A stretch of 64,000 nt of DNA from Rebecca billardiae RCC1528 (Eukaryota; Protista; Haptophyta): contig OZ251244.1 in NCBI GenBank assembly GCA_965240325.2, positions 1,240,001 through 1,304,000 of the forward strand, read 5' to 3'. This document shows, piece after piece, positions 23,036 to 35,413 of the stretch; position 1 is the stretch's first letter; each line of letters opens with the position of its first letter. A program made the translations under genes and the position numbers. Below the pieces are notes generated by a model. That model saw only the letters and a list, made by a program, of their open reading frames with translations, was not told the DNA's origin and searched no databases.

Positions 23036-23229
23036 GACTCGGCGCGTCATCGTCTCGGACTCGGTATATCGCGAGCGCGCGCTAGTTCCTATATATATAT
23101 TTAACGACGTGGCAGCATCGGACAAGCGTCAGGCTCAGAGTGCAACAGACACATAGAATGCGTCCGCGCCTTCCGTCCAGGTCAGACAGTGCGCCACCCG
23201 CAGCCCTGCCCCCCTACGGGAGCGGGGCC

Positions 23230-23600
23230 GGGATGGAGCACCGCCTCGGCCTGGGGCACGCGGCGGCGACGGCAGATGCCGCCGCGGCCGAGCGCCTTCC
23301 GGAGCACTTGGATGAGGGTGAGGTCGTAGTTGATGTCGCCGCCCGCCGACCTAGCGGCGAGCAGCTCCGGCAAGCGGCAGCCGCGGCTGTCGCCCCCGTG
23401 CGCCCGCGTGGGCGCCTGGATGAGGATGAGGTCGTAGTACGCGTCGCCGCGCGCCGGCCAAGCGGCGCGCAGCTGCAGAAGAGGGGCTTGGAGAGTGAGC
23501 GCGCCGCCTAGCGCGCTCTGGGCGATGAAGCAGATGAGGTGGTAGTCGATGTCGCAGCCCAGCCCGCCGGCGGGCTGCTGCAGATGCAGTGCTTGATGCT
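23230..23600. repeat. Diverged tandem units (GATGAGG..GAGGTCGTAG core, x3), homologous to 33380-33600
   Basis: The minus-strand translation shows repeated GDINYDLTLIQ / GDAYYDLILIQ / CDIDYHLICFI. TAGCGGCGAGCAGCT and GTCGCCCC..GATGAGGA.GAGGTCG are shared with 33520-33600. Confidence 0.6.
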
Positions 23601-24169
23601 GGGGAACCTGGCCCCTGGGCGCGTCACACCCCGCACCCCCTGCCCCACCTAGGGTGGAGCGAAGGGCACGGAGGAGGCCAGCGCCAAGGGCCAGATGGGT
23701 GCAGCGGCGTCCACCTGCTGCATCGCCCCCCGAGGCGATGCAGCCGGCGGCCGGCTGGAGAAAGAGGGTGCCAGTGCCTATCCCGGACCCGCTGCGTGTG
23801 GTTGATCTCCGCGTGCACGTGCCAGCGCAGAGCAGTCGAATCGAACGTCGCGGGGTCAGCTGGCGACCCGCGCGCTCGGCCCGCCCGCCGCGAGACACTC
23901 CTGGCGGTGCCCCACCGAGTCCCCGGGAAGGGGGAGCCGGCCGAGGGCCCGTCGGCCGCCGAAGCGACCGGCTGAGCCGGGACAACCTGAAGGGCGCGTG
24001 GGGAAAGGCGGCATGCCTCGTCGCAGGTCCGTGCCCAGTTGCTGTTGGCAATGAACGGTGGCAGAACCCGGCCCCACGCGCACGCATCCATGGAGGCTCG
24101 CAGGCAGGCAGGCCGAGCGCGCTGGCCGCGCTCGTGCCGCCACCCACGCCGCGTCCGACTGGCTCTGAT

Positions 24170-25549
24170 GGGTCGATTTTTTTGGCTTCGGCGCACGGAG
24201 CGCCGATCTCGTCAACGAGCGGCCATCGTGAAAGCGCGCGAAAGTTGCGTTTGCGGGGGCTCGCGCCTGCCGGGGTCGTGCGACGCGGGCGAAGGGCGCG
24301 CGGCCCCTCGCGCTGGTCGGCGGTGACGAGGACACCCAGGTGCGCCATCTCGCGCGCCGCCACGCCCCTCTCCGCGTCTGCCTCGCGCACACGCAGCGAT
24401 TGCATTTGGATGTTGCATTCTTGCGCATGCTTGCGCGCCACGTTGCGGGACGAGAAAAAGCGTCATGCGGTTAGGTTTGGCAGTTTGAGATGGTTCAGAT
24501 GATGTTGTGACAGGAACTGGAAGACCTAACCGCATGACGCCCTTCCTGCGCGCGCTACACGCATCACGTGCTCTCCGCGCAGGTGAGCTTGAAAATTTGA
24601 AGCTGCTGCTCCTCTGCGAGGCCATCGAGGCGAGCGGCGGCTAGCATGACGCAGCGCTCTCCCCAGCTGCCACGGCCAGCCACCTGCACCCGGCTGTGCT
24701 CGCACTCGCCTTGAGTGTGTGCACGGTTGACACGTCGACGGTGCTCGGCGGTGTGTTTTTGACTGCTGGTTGGTACGCACGCATCATGGGCCCACAGTGG
24801 AGTTGGGGTGCGTGCCGTGGCTGTGGCGCGCACGCGATCGACCCATACTACACACGCACAGCGCAGCTCGGCATCGTTACGGGCTTCAAACGTCGGCCAG
24901 AGCTTGTTTGCTATCCGCGTGCTGCGATCGTCGGCTCCGAGCAATCCACGAGGATGACAACAGGCGGTGCGTGCGCTGTTTGAAGGCGTTGGGCGCGGCG
25001 TCTGCTGGCTGTGCAGTCGCGCCTGGGTACGGCTCGCATGCTACGCAGCGGCGGATACCAGTCTGATGCGGTTTGACGCACGGGCAGTCATCTGCTTTGC
25101 TCTGCACGCGTGGCCGGCTGATCATCCTTTCGCAACGCGTGTCTGCGCGTGCGGTGACTGCTCCCAGATGGGCTCGACGCGAGGCAAACGCGTGCGAGAC
25201 TCATCGATACGGAGCTCCCCTCCAGGCAAGCGAGCGTTTGAGCGCGCTCACCTCACTCATGCCTACCCACGCGCATGTTTGCGCGGCCCACTGGTTCGAA
25301 TGATGCGACGAGGTCGGTGCGGCGTGCTCGTGGGCAGGAGTGCGCGCTCAGTCGACGGTCAAGACGCGCGCCACGAGGAGCAGTCATGTGCCCAAGGTCA
25401 CTCGACCAGCGCGCGACCAACGGCACCCGCGTAGGGCAGCGCAGGAGCTCGCGTTTGACACAGTGGAGCGCCACTGGGGCGGACGGGCGCCATGGGCGCC
25501 CATCGGCGCTACCAGCCCTCCCGTGCGCCGAAGCCAAAAAAATCGACCC
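24170..25549. mobile_element. Non-autonomous DNA transposon, perfect 29-bp TIRs, AT TSD (ISL2EU/PHIS-like)
   Basis: GGGTCGATTTTTTTGGCTTCGGCGCACGG at 24170-24198 and its exact reverse complement at 25521-25549, with AT on both flanks. No transposase motif seen. Confidence 0.88.
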
Positions 25550-25770
25550 ATATATCGAATACTAGCAGTTCAGCAGCGCGACCGGATGACGTCGTACTCT
25601 TATAGCCGCAGCGGAGTCACTCGTCAGCACTGAGAGTGAGTTGGGCTCCGGGGCCGACCGCCGGGCCGCCGCGCGCGGCCGCGCGCGCAGCCCGCGCGCA
25701 CTGGCTCGCCGGGCTTCGCGGGCGGCGGCCGGGCCGCCCGCCGGCGTGTCATCAATAATCACCACAGCAC

Positions 25771-27279
25771 TCACTCCTCGTCCTCGTCGTCGAGAAGCCC
25801 GTGGCCACCGATGACGGCGCCAGGCTCCGACGCGAGGCGGCGGAGGAGCGGGTCGAGCTGCTCGGCCAGGAGCAGCACCTGCTGCGCGTCGCCGATCGAC
25901 GCGACGCCGGCAGGCCAGTCCGGCCCAGGCGACGGCGCGGCTGCGCCGGCCTGCTCGCGGGCGTGCGTGCCGCCGCCCGTCGCGAGCGCGGCCGCGTTGT
26001 GCGCGACGACGCGCTCCTTGATCTTGAGGTAGTCGTCCCACTGCGTGGCGAAGTAGGTGCGCATGCCCGGCATGTCGCGCAGCCGCGCCGCGATCGCGTC
26101 CGCGTCCCCAGGGTCCGGCATCATGAACCGCTCCCAGCCCGAGCCGCCGGCGCCGCCGAGCGCGAGCCCGGCGCCAAAGCCGCCGCCGCTCCCGCCGGCG
26201 GCGCGCACGCGCACGCTGCTCGTCTTGCCCCCGCACCGGTCCTCGACGAAGCTGATCGCGTCGATCCCGAGCCCGTCGTCGCGGGGCCCGCCGCCGCCGC
26301 CGCCGCCGGCGCGGCGCAGCGTGAAGGCGAGCTTTGAGAAATCGGTGCGGCCGTTGATCGTCTCGAGCGCGGTGCGCTTGCGGTCAAGGTGCACGGTCGT
26401 GCCGCCACCGGCGCGGAGCTCGGCGGCGCGCAGGCCGAAGACGCACACGGCGAGTCCGAGCTCGTGGCACGCCATGTTCCGCACGCACCCCTCCGCGCAC
26501 CGCTCGAACACCTCCGCCAGCTGCTCGCGCGTGAAGTCGTTGTCGTGCACCAGTTCAACGTGCGCGCGGCCAGGGAGCGCGCGCACGCGCGCGAGCGAGG
26601 TCTCGGCGTAGCGCGCGACGTTCTTGTTGTACCCGACGTACACGTGGACGCCGACGGCGGCGGCCAGCCGCTCGATCTCCGCGCAGCCCGCCGAGTCCGG
26701 CGCGCCCGGCTTCTCCAGGTAGAGTCCGGTGAGGCCGAGCGCGCGCACGCGCTCGGGCGCGAGCAGCTGCGCGCACACGCGCGGCATGTCGGCCGTGCGC
26801 GTGGCGACGAGGGCGAGCGTGGGCCGGCGGCCGCGGGGCCGGCGGTTGGAAGCCTCGTCGACGCCCGACGCCGGCGCGAGCGCGCCCACCGAGTCGACCA
26901 CCTGCACGTGCGGGTGCTCTTTCGAGAGCTCGCGGTGGAAGTCGGCAAACCCGGACTTCTCGGAAGCGTCCGGATGGCTGAGGAAGAAGGGCTCGACGAT
27001 GGCGCGCAGCCGCGCGATCTTGCGCATGCGCGGCTCGGTGAGCAGCTGCACCGCGTGCACCGCGCCCATCGACTGCCCCGGCACGCCGCAGCCGACCACG
27101 ATGATGTCAGCGGGCGGCGGCTGCGCCGCGCGCCGGGCGTCTGCGAGGTCGCGCGCGGCCAGGCAGGCGACGATGAGGGCGTAGCCGATGGCGAAGGACC
27201 ACGCGGCCTCGGTCTGCAGCGCGTGCGCGCCGAGAGCCAGCGCGCCGCCCGCGGCCAGGTGCTCGTGCGCGCGCAGCAT
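25771..27279 (-). CDS. Gfo/Idh/MocA-like NAD(P)-dependent oxidoreductase with an N-terminal hydrophobic segment
   Basis: Rossmann-like IIVVGCGVPGQSMGAVH, family motif YLEKPGA, VYVGYNK and NMACHEL; 502-aa uninterrupted ORF. Confidence 0.85.
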   Translation of the reverse strand: MLRAHEHLAAGGALALGAHALQTEAAWSFAIGYALIVACLAARDLADARRAAQPPPADIIVVGCGVPGQSMGAVHAVQLLTEPRMRKIARLRAIVEPFFLSHPDASEKSGFADFHRELSKEHPHVQVVDSVGALAPASGVDEASNRRPRGRRPTLALVATRTADMPRVCAQLLAPERVRALGLTGLYLEKPGAPDSAGCAEIERLAAAVGVHVYVGYNKNVARYAETSLARVRALPGRAHVELVHDNDFTREQLAEVFERCAEGCVRNMACHELGLAVCVFGLRAAELRAGGGTTVHLDRKRTALETINGRTDFSKLAFTLRRAGGGGGGGPRDDGLGIDAISFVEDRCGGKTSSVRVRAAGGSGGGFGAGLALGGAGGSGWERFMMPDPGDADAIAARLRDMPGMRTYFATQWDDYLKIKERVVAHNAAALATGGGTHAREQAGAAAPSPGPDWPAGVASIGDAQQVLLLAEQLDPLLRRLASEPGAVIGGHGLLDDEDEE

Positions 27280-27798
27280 CGCTCGTCGGGCGGCGAGGTG
27301 AGGTCGCGCCGTCAGCCGCCGCCACGCCGGGCGGGTACGCTAATGTGTCGCGCGGACGCGGGCGAATCCTTCCCGCCGCCGCCGCTGCCTCTGCGGGTGG
27401 TCTGCGCCACCGGAAGGCCGCGAACGCCGTCGAAATCGAACCAAATCGAAACTTTCGCGCGAGTCACTTGGCACATCCGATGGGGCCGCGCCGGACGCAT
27501 GATTGTCCGGTGATGCCGCGTGATCACGGCCCTTGGCGTGATGACGCCGGCCCGGCCCCTCCTCCTCACAGCCGTTGCGGTGCGGCCGGACCGCCCGGAC
27601 GCCGAAGTGCGGCGGTGGAGCAGCCCGCGCGCAAGGGCTCCACCATCGCCCACGGAGCGGTAAGCAGCGGCGTAGGGTGGCGTGCCGTTGCATCGGGCGC
27701 TCCTGGAGCAGCCGCGTGGCGCCCCGCGCCCCACGCGGCGAGCCAAGATTAGCGACCCGGAGGCACCCGATTCGCCGGGCGAGCCCGAGCAGCTCCCG

Positions 27799-30700
27799 AT
27801 GGCCAGCCATGACGGCGGGCGCAAGTCGGCACGATCAGCCGGCGGCGCGCGAGCGCGCAAGTGCGCGCGCGCGCGCGCGGCGCGCGCGGCGCGGCGCGCG
27901 CGGCGCGCGCGCCGAGCGGCCGCGGCGCGCGTGCGTGGCACGAGGGACTCGTCCACCCGCCGCCCTCGCGCGGCCGCTCGGCGCGCACGACGCTGGCACC
28001 CGCGCCGCGGCCTCACGGCGGGAGGCGGTGACGCCGAGCGCTCACTCGGCGGCGCCGCGCGCGGCGCGCGGAACGCGCGCGCACAGGTGCCTCGTGCTCG
28101 TGTGCATCAACCTCTCGAACCTCGTGTGCCACTCGGTGTACTCCGTCCTCGCCTCCTTCTTCCCGCAGGAGGCGCGCGCCAAGGGTCTTTCTGACGAGTA
28201 CGTCGGGCTAGTGTTTGCTATCTTTGCCGCAGTGATCTTTGTCGCGGCGCCGTTCGTCACGACGGCGGTGAGCGCCGCGCACCCACCGCGAGCCTCGGCT
28301 GGTCACCACGCGCCGCGCCCCGTCCGCGCATGCGCCGCCCGCGTTTTCCACCGGCTGGGCGCTGCTGGGCTCTGGGCGGGGCGGGGCGAAAAAAAAACAA
28401 AAAAAACCAAAATCTGGGGAGGCTCTCTACTGGGCTCTGGGCGGAGAGCTGGGGCCGCGCCTCCGCGCGCGTGCGCGCGCGCCCGAGGCGCGGCCGAGCG
28501 ACGCCGCTGCGAGTGAGGGAGCGCGCACGCGCGCGGGCCGTGCGCGCGGGCAGCTCCGGCCTGCGCGGTGCCTCACACCGCAGCCCGCGCGCGCCCACGC
28601 GCGCGCGTGTCGCCTGTGGCCGGCCAGCTCTCGCGCCACGGCAAGCGGCATGTGTATATCGCGGGCCTCGCCATCGTCGCGGGCGGCACGATGGCGTTCG
28701 CGATGGCGGACCAGATCAACTCCCTGCCCGCGTACTTCTGCTGGTGCTTCGTGCTGCGCTGCGTGCAGGGCTTCGGCTCTGCGCTGGAGGAGACGGCGGC
28801 GTACGCTCTGATCGCCGACATCGACCCTGAAGCAGTTTCGTTCAATCTCGGCATCACCGAGATCTCGACCGGACTGGGGTACATGGTCGGCCCGACGATC
28901 GGCGGGCTCCTGTTCAGCGCGGGCGGATTCGCCGCGCCGTTCGTCTGCATCGGCGTCGCGCTGCTGCCGGCCATGCTTCTGATCTACACGATCGTCCCAG
29001 ACGACGCTCTCGCGAGGCGGGCGGCGGTCGCGGCGGGCGGGCAGCCTCGGGAGCCGGAGCCTACGGTGCCGCTGTCGCAGCTGCTGATGCGCCCGCAGAT
29101 CCTCGTCATCGCGACGACGGCCATCCTCGGTGCGCGGGGCGCCGCCGAAGCGCCCGCGCCGCGCCGAGCGCCGCCGCGCGCGGCGGGCCGCGCGGCTCGC
29201 GCCGCGGGGAGCGCTGGTTGGGCGCACGGTTGGGCGGTGGCGGGGCGCTCGAGCGGTGGCGGGGCGATGGGGCGGGCGGGCGGGGGGCGTGGGAACGTGA
29301 GGGCGCGGGAGGCTCTAGAGCGGGATGGGCTTTGGGCGGGCGCGCGGCGCGAGGGCGGGAGAGCGGGGCGCCGGCCGAGCCAGAGACTCGGGCGCCGAGT
29401 CCGCCCGCTGCCGCGCGCCGGCGGGCGCCGCGCGCGCTCGCGCCGCCACCGGCCGCGGCTGCGTGCGCCGGGCCGCGCCCGGCGCGCGCGGCCTCGCGCT
29501 GAAGGGGCGCGCCGGGGCGTTGGCGCGCGGGCTGGCTGGGCTGGGCTGGGCAGGGCTGCACACGCGCGCGCTGCGCGTGCGCGTGGCTGCGTGCTCGCGG
29601 CCTGGCGGCACTGCCACAGCCCGCGCGCAGCAGCCAACCAGCAGGGCCAGGCGCGGCTGCAGCCGCCCGCGCGCAAGCGCGCACGCACGCTGCAAGGCCC
29701 GGGAGGGCGTTTGCGTGCTTGTGTGGCGCAGTTTGCTTGGTTGGCTCCTGGGTGGTCGGTGGGCGGAGGGGCGGGGGGGCCTTGGCCGGGTGGCGTGGTG
29801 CACACGGGCAGCACGGCCCGCGCACACGCGCGCGCGCGGGCGTGCGGGCACACACACCCACAAACGGCCCCGCGCCGCGCGCCCCCGCGGCCGCGCGATG
29901 CCGGCACTCACCATGCCCCGGACTCACCATGCCCCGGGTCCAACGGCCGCGGCGCGCCCCTCGCGACGCGGCCACCGCCCCCACGCGCCGCCCCGCCGCC
30001 GCCGCCGCCTCGGCCTGGCTCCTCGCGACGGCATCGCGCCCGACCGCCGACCGCCGTGCGCGCTGCTTTTGGCGCCGCCCTCCATCCTTCTCTCTCGTCT
30101 TTTCTTTTCTCTTCTCTTCTCTTTTCTTTTTTGTCCTTACCGCTCTTCTCACGCAGGCAACTCTGACTACGCCTTTCTCGAGCCGACGCTCGCCGCGCAC
30201 GTCGAGTCCGTCGCGCCGTCCAGCACGTCGATCGGTGCGCGCCAGGCCCCCGCCCCCGCCCCCCTCCACCAAGAGCACACGCCCACCACTCCGACTGGAC
30301 GGAAAAGCGCCGCGCTGCTGCTTCGGCGCCGGCCGTGGTGCTGACGTGCCGCGCGCGTCATCACGCGCCCCCACCGTGACTTTTGTTTTTCCCCCTTTTC
30401 CCCCCCTTTTTATAACGGCGACCCGGACCAACCGGCCTGTGCTGCGCGCGCGCGCCCGGCCGCTTGTGGTGCGCAGGGATGCTCTTCTCGGTCACCTCCG
30501 CCACGTACACGCTCGCCTCGCCGCTGATGGGCTGGGTGTCGCACAAGCAGCGCCTCGGGCCCCGCAACGTGATCACAGTCGGTGCGCGTGCACGCGCGCG
30601 TGTGCGCGTGTGCGCTGCGTGCGCGCGCGTGTGCGTGTGCGCGCGCGTGTGTGCGCGTGTGTGTGTGTGTGTGCGTGTGTGTGCACGCGTGTGGACGCCA

Positions 30701-31626
30701 CTGCTGCGCCGTGGCTCAGCCCCCGCCGCCTCCCGCCCGCCCGCCCGCCGCCGTCGCGCGCGCGCGGCTGCGCCCGCAGGCACCGCGCTGCAGTGCCTCG
30801 GCTTCTTAGTGATTGGCCCATCGCCGCTCCTCCGAGTTCTCTTCGGCGGCGCCGCGGCGCTCGAGGAGGAGCCGACCATCTCGCTGCCGCTCATCTGCCT
30901 CGCCCTCTTCCTGTTCGGGCTGGGCGAGGCGATGTCGATGACGCCGCTCATGGAGGACATGATGTGCGCGCGCGTGGCGCCTGCCCATACCCTTACCCAT
31001 ACCCGTACTCCGATCCTACCCGCCCGCCCTGCCACCGCCCTGCACCGCGCCGCGTCGCGCCGCGCCGCGCCGCGCCGCGCCGGCTCGCGTGCGCGCGCGC
31101 CGAGCCGCGCCGCCGCGCGCGCGCGCCCCGCGCCCACCCCTGACGTAGGCTCTCGTGCATCGACCGGAAGCACGACGTGATCAACTCTCTCTCCGCGCTC
31201 ATGACCTCTTGCTTCTCACTCGGCCAGATGGTCGGGCCTCTGCTGGGCTCCTTCCTCGCGGCGCGGGTGGGGTTTGCGTGGGCAAGCACCGGCATCGGCG
31301 TGCTGCTCGCCGCGCAGACCGGCGCGCTGATCTACCTGCAGCGGCTGAGCAGGCCGCACCAGTTCGCCGGGTACGACTGCGCCAGCCTCCTCGCGCCCAC
31401 ATTATCGGGCAGCGCGACGCCGAGGGAGCTCGAGCAGAACGCAACCGAGCTGGCCGGCCTCACCGCGGTGCCGCAGGAGATGCTCGGCGGCGCGGCCGAT
31501 CTCGGCGACGCGGACGCGCTCGCGGACGGCGCGAGCAACGCGACCGACGACGACGGCTCGCTGGAGACGACGCACCTGCAACGTCACCGCGGCGGCGATC
31601 GGCAGCTGCCGTCGCCCTCGTTCTGA
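27799..31626 (+). CDS. MFS transporter (SLC18B1/vesicular amine transporter-like); exons 27799-27824, 28087-28267, 28628-29129, 30157-30234, 30477-30581, 30780-30963, 31149-31626
   Basis: All six GT..AG introns are phase-compatible. Spliced motifs: VLASFFPQEARAKGLS..VGLVF, LRCVQGFGSA, LGITEISTGLGYMVGPTIGGLLFSAGGFAAPF, FLEPTLAAHV, SCFSLGQMVGPLLG. The short first exon is the least certain. Confidence 0.88.
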
Positions 31627-32101
31627 TCGGTGATTCCGTGACGACCCGCGCGTCACGCCAGTCGCCTGGGCCAGTCGGCCAGACACTCGACGGCGGACCG
31701 GAGAACTCAGAACACGCGACGACGAATAATAATAATATATTAATATATATATATATAGTTTATTACGACGCATCATTTATACTGATGCTGACGATTCTGA
31801 TTATTCGTCAGGCTGCGCTGCTGACGACGATGCCAGTGATGCTGGCTGCTGCTCATGCGGCTGTCGTCGTCACTAAGTCTTATTCAGACGGCGCCGGCGT
31901 CGCGCTAGCTGCTGGCCTGCTGGCGCGCCGCGACCCCGCGCCGCGTGGCACTCAGCGTGCGCGTCACGGGATGACACTTATTGACTTGATGTGCGCCGCC
32001 GCGTCGATCGTTGCGCCAGCATAAATATATAGATCGATCGGCCGCGCGCATGCAGCAGCTAGCGACGATGATTCTGATGGCTCGGACTGGCCTGCGGACT
32101 G

Positions 32102-32967
32102 GACCCGTTGCAAGCGTGAGTGAGCGCCGAAAAATCAAAAAACGACACTTCGGCGGCCTAGAGTGACGATAGTCTTGCCGGCGGCGGCGGCGGCGGCGGG
32201 AGCGTGACAGTGCGTCTACCATCACCTTCCGTTTAGCGCGCTACGCCGCGCGTGCCGGGTAGTGCCCCCGGCCCGCCGCAGCAGCAGTCGACAAGTGAAG
32301 AGACGATGACCGCGGCCGCAGTGCCGCAGTACAGCCTGCATCCACTTGCCGCGCGGCGCGCACTGTAGTTGCATCACTTGCAGCGCTCGCGCTCAGCGAG
32401 CATGGGCGTGCGCTCAGGCGTGTCAAGTGCTGTCTCGTCGGCGCGCTTTCGCCTGCCACCTCGCGCACCCGTGCACGCAGCTTCATCGTCTTCATGAGGA
32501 CTGCTGTGCTGCTGTCGCTATCACCCGAGTCCGAATCGCGCTGCGCGCGCGGTGGCAGCTATGCACCGCAGAGTGTCACCGCTGCTGCTTCGCAGCAGTC
32601 GTCAGCAGTTGCGTCGTCATCCTCCTCGCCGTCGGCTTCCACTGCCGCAAGAGGGAACGCTGCCAAAGCTGCAGTTGGGAGGCAAGCCCTTCTCTCATCC
32701 CACCGCGGCGCGCGCGTTGTGACAGCCCTCCCCGTTTGGCTTCTCTTGACCACCTGCTGAGGGTTTTGCAGCTCGATCTCGGCAACGGCACCACCTGGCG
32801 ACGAACGGATTGGATTGGTGCACGGGGAATTGGATTTCCCGTGCACCAATCCGCTCGGTTCGTCGCGCCCGGCCGCCATCGCCCAGCGCTAGTTGCAAAA
32901 CCGTATTTTCACCGTACGTCGCATTTTCACCGCTCGGCCCTACGGTCACTCACCCGTGCAACGGGTC
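32102..32967. mobile_element. Non-autonomous TIR element, 866 bp, 4-bp TSD ACTG
   Basis: Left GACCCGTTGCAAGCGTGAGTGAGCG versus right reverse-complement GACCCGTTGCACGGGTGAGTGACCG (22/25). ACTG at 32098-32101 and 32968-32971. Confidence 0.8.
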
Positions 32968-33627
32968 ACTGACTACGACAGACGACTACGACGCCGACTA
33001 CGAGCCTGATCGGATCAGTCTTATCAGGATCGACGACTCCGCCTGAGGCTGAGTCGCTGAGAAGATGTCGTCAGCATCCGATCATAATATATGACGATGA
33101 TGACTCCGCGATAGTCCGATGTCATCAGCACTGTGACTGATCTATATCGATCGACGACGTGGCGTCGATATATGGCATATCATCGTCGGCATCATCTTCA
33201 TCCTATCACCCATGGCTCGTCCCGATCATCGATCTTCATCGGCCTGGCCTGACTGACTGAGCGCAGCCGAATATTTTGGCTAAGTGCGCCCGGCCCGTAC
33301 CGGGCCTCAGCATCCCTCTTCGCAGCCCGTGTATGTGGCCGCTTGGGCTGCGCACAGCACGGGCTTGGGAACAGGGGCACAGGTCGAAGCACCGCCGCGA
33401 CCTGGCGGGCCGCACCGGCGGCAGAGGCTGCCGCCGCCGAGACAGAGAGCCTCCCGACCGGGGCACTGAGATGACGATGAGGTTGTCGTCAACGTCGGCA
33501 CGTTGCCGCTCGCCGACTTAGCGGCGAGCAGCTGCAGGAGGCGACAGCCGCTGCAGTCGCCCCCGGGGCGTGCATGGGCACTAAGATGAGGACGAGGTCG
33601 CACTGCAGCTGTATAGTAGTAGCGCCG

Positions 33628-33681
33628 TCACTCTGACTGAGTGCGACCTTCGTGGGACGAGGTCGCACTCAGTCAAAGTGA
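33628..33681. repeat. Short hairpin (22-bp arms, 1 mismatch)
   Basis: TCACTCTGACTGAGTGCGACCT ... AGGTCGCACTCAGTCAAAGTGA. Confidence 0.85.
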
Positions 33682-35376
33682 TGAGGGGTGATGCTGATGA
33701 TGATGAGGGCATGCTCGTGCGTGGTGTGAGGTGTGACTGTGAGTGTGTGACTACCATGTCGCGTGTCGGAGCGAGCGCCGAGCCAGGTGAGCATCACGTG
33801 GCGTCACTCCGCAGAATCTGATTGCGCGTCAACTTCATCATTATTCATGGATTTCGCCTGTCCGGGCACTCCACAGTCAGTCAGTCCACGCCCGCACAGC
33901 ATACATCATGATCAACGCGTGCCCAGGGTGCCTTACGCAGCCTATCCCGTATATCGTTCTATTCCGCATCAGTCCTCACAACGCAATCGATCGGTCGCGT
34001 GATGTTGCGCTAGCTAGCAGAGAAGATGACGGGATGGTGGAATAAAGTGATGGTAGTAACGGTGGCCGCAGCACGGGCGAGCAGCGCGGGCTACTCCGCA
34101 GCGCGCCGTGCGGCCATGGCTGTGGGGCGCGATGGGTGACAGGGTGAAAGCCACGCTGCCCAGACGTGAGCCGCGCTGGTGACGAGGATGGCGAGCGCAC
34201 GTACAATAGCCAGCAGCCATCAGGATTCGTGCGGCTGGTGGCCGCGCGGATGATCACCGCTGCCGATCGTCATACGAGTTACGACTGAGCGTTTTATGAT
34301 TCCACGGACGATCCTCTCTCTCGGCCACCGCTGCTGCGGTCTAGCCTCTTGGTCTGCAAGGCACCTACACAGACGCATGCGCCCACCACACGGCGCCGTG
34401 CGGCGCACTCGGCGCACGTGACCCCCGCCTTGCACGCCACGCCGGCCTGCGGGTTGGCGGGTGTGCTCCGAGGGTGCACCGTCAATTGCAAAGGATCCAA
34501 GTCGGCTCTCTGACGGACGATTCAATCTCGACATTGTACTTGTACTCATCTAGCCGGAGGCGCTCGAACCCCGCATTTACCCCGGTCCGCCGCTCTCGCG
34601 AAACCCACTCGATGAGTACGGTACGTATGGGGGTACTCAACATCGGCAAGTGGGGTTTGACCATTATTCTTCAAAGGATCGAAGGTTCCGACACGACTAC
34701 TTTTAATCATCACCGTCTTCATACTCGCAATCATGTCGTTACCATAGTAGCGAACTCGCGAAGCAGACGCCAAGCCGTGTAATCGGCTCCTCCACACGTC
34801 GACCAGGCGGCAAGCTATCCAGCCACCAGCCACTATGGTTCGCCTTCTTGTTACATACTTAGTTAACTTTGAACTTCTTCCGACCTCGATCGACAGTGCA
34901 CGACGATCTATGGTCGCCATCCATGCAGTAGTAGTGTGATCGTCAGCGTCGTGAACGCCCAGGAACTCGCCAGCTCTCACTTAGTCGCGCCTGGTCATGG
35001 TCGGCGAAGCCCATCCATACGCTCGACACAGGGCAGACTGTCCTCGTCGTCGTTGTTCCTTATAGCTACTGAACACATTACTGCTTGACGAACGGACGCA
35101 GTCGCAGCGGCGGCGCCGGCCGCGGCGGCCACCCAGTCAGGCCGCATGACTGCATCGTCATCATACCATGTGAACGGTCTGTGAATGCCGTGAGCAGCAG
35201 TCAGGGCGACCCCAGGAAGTAGTCGTACTGTAGTAGTACAGTTATTACCACGCCTTAAACTCGCACACTTGGCTCAGGCAACAATCAGGCTCTCTGCCCT
35301 CTGGCTGGCATGATCACAGTCTCAGACACAGTCCTTCATTTTATGCTGCGCCCGCGCGTGTGTGAGTGTGTGTGTG

Positions 35377-35413
35377 TGTTCTGTGTGTGCGTGTGTGTGC
35401 GTGTGTGTGTGTG
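35377..35413. repeat. Imperfect (GT)n microsatellite; (CA)n/(CACT)n tract nearby at about 35661-35694
   Basis: Seen directly. Confidence 0.85.

Noticed and set aside
34290-34980. Lower-GC minus-strand ORF fragments suggesting a pseudogene
   Set aside because: No motif that I could assign with confidence.
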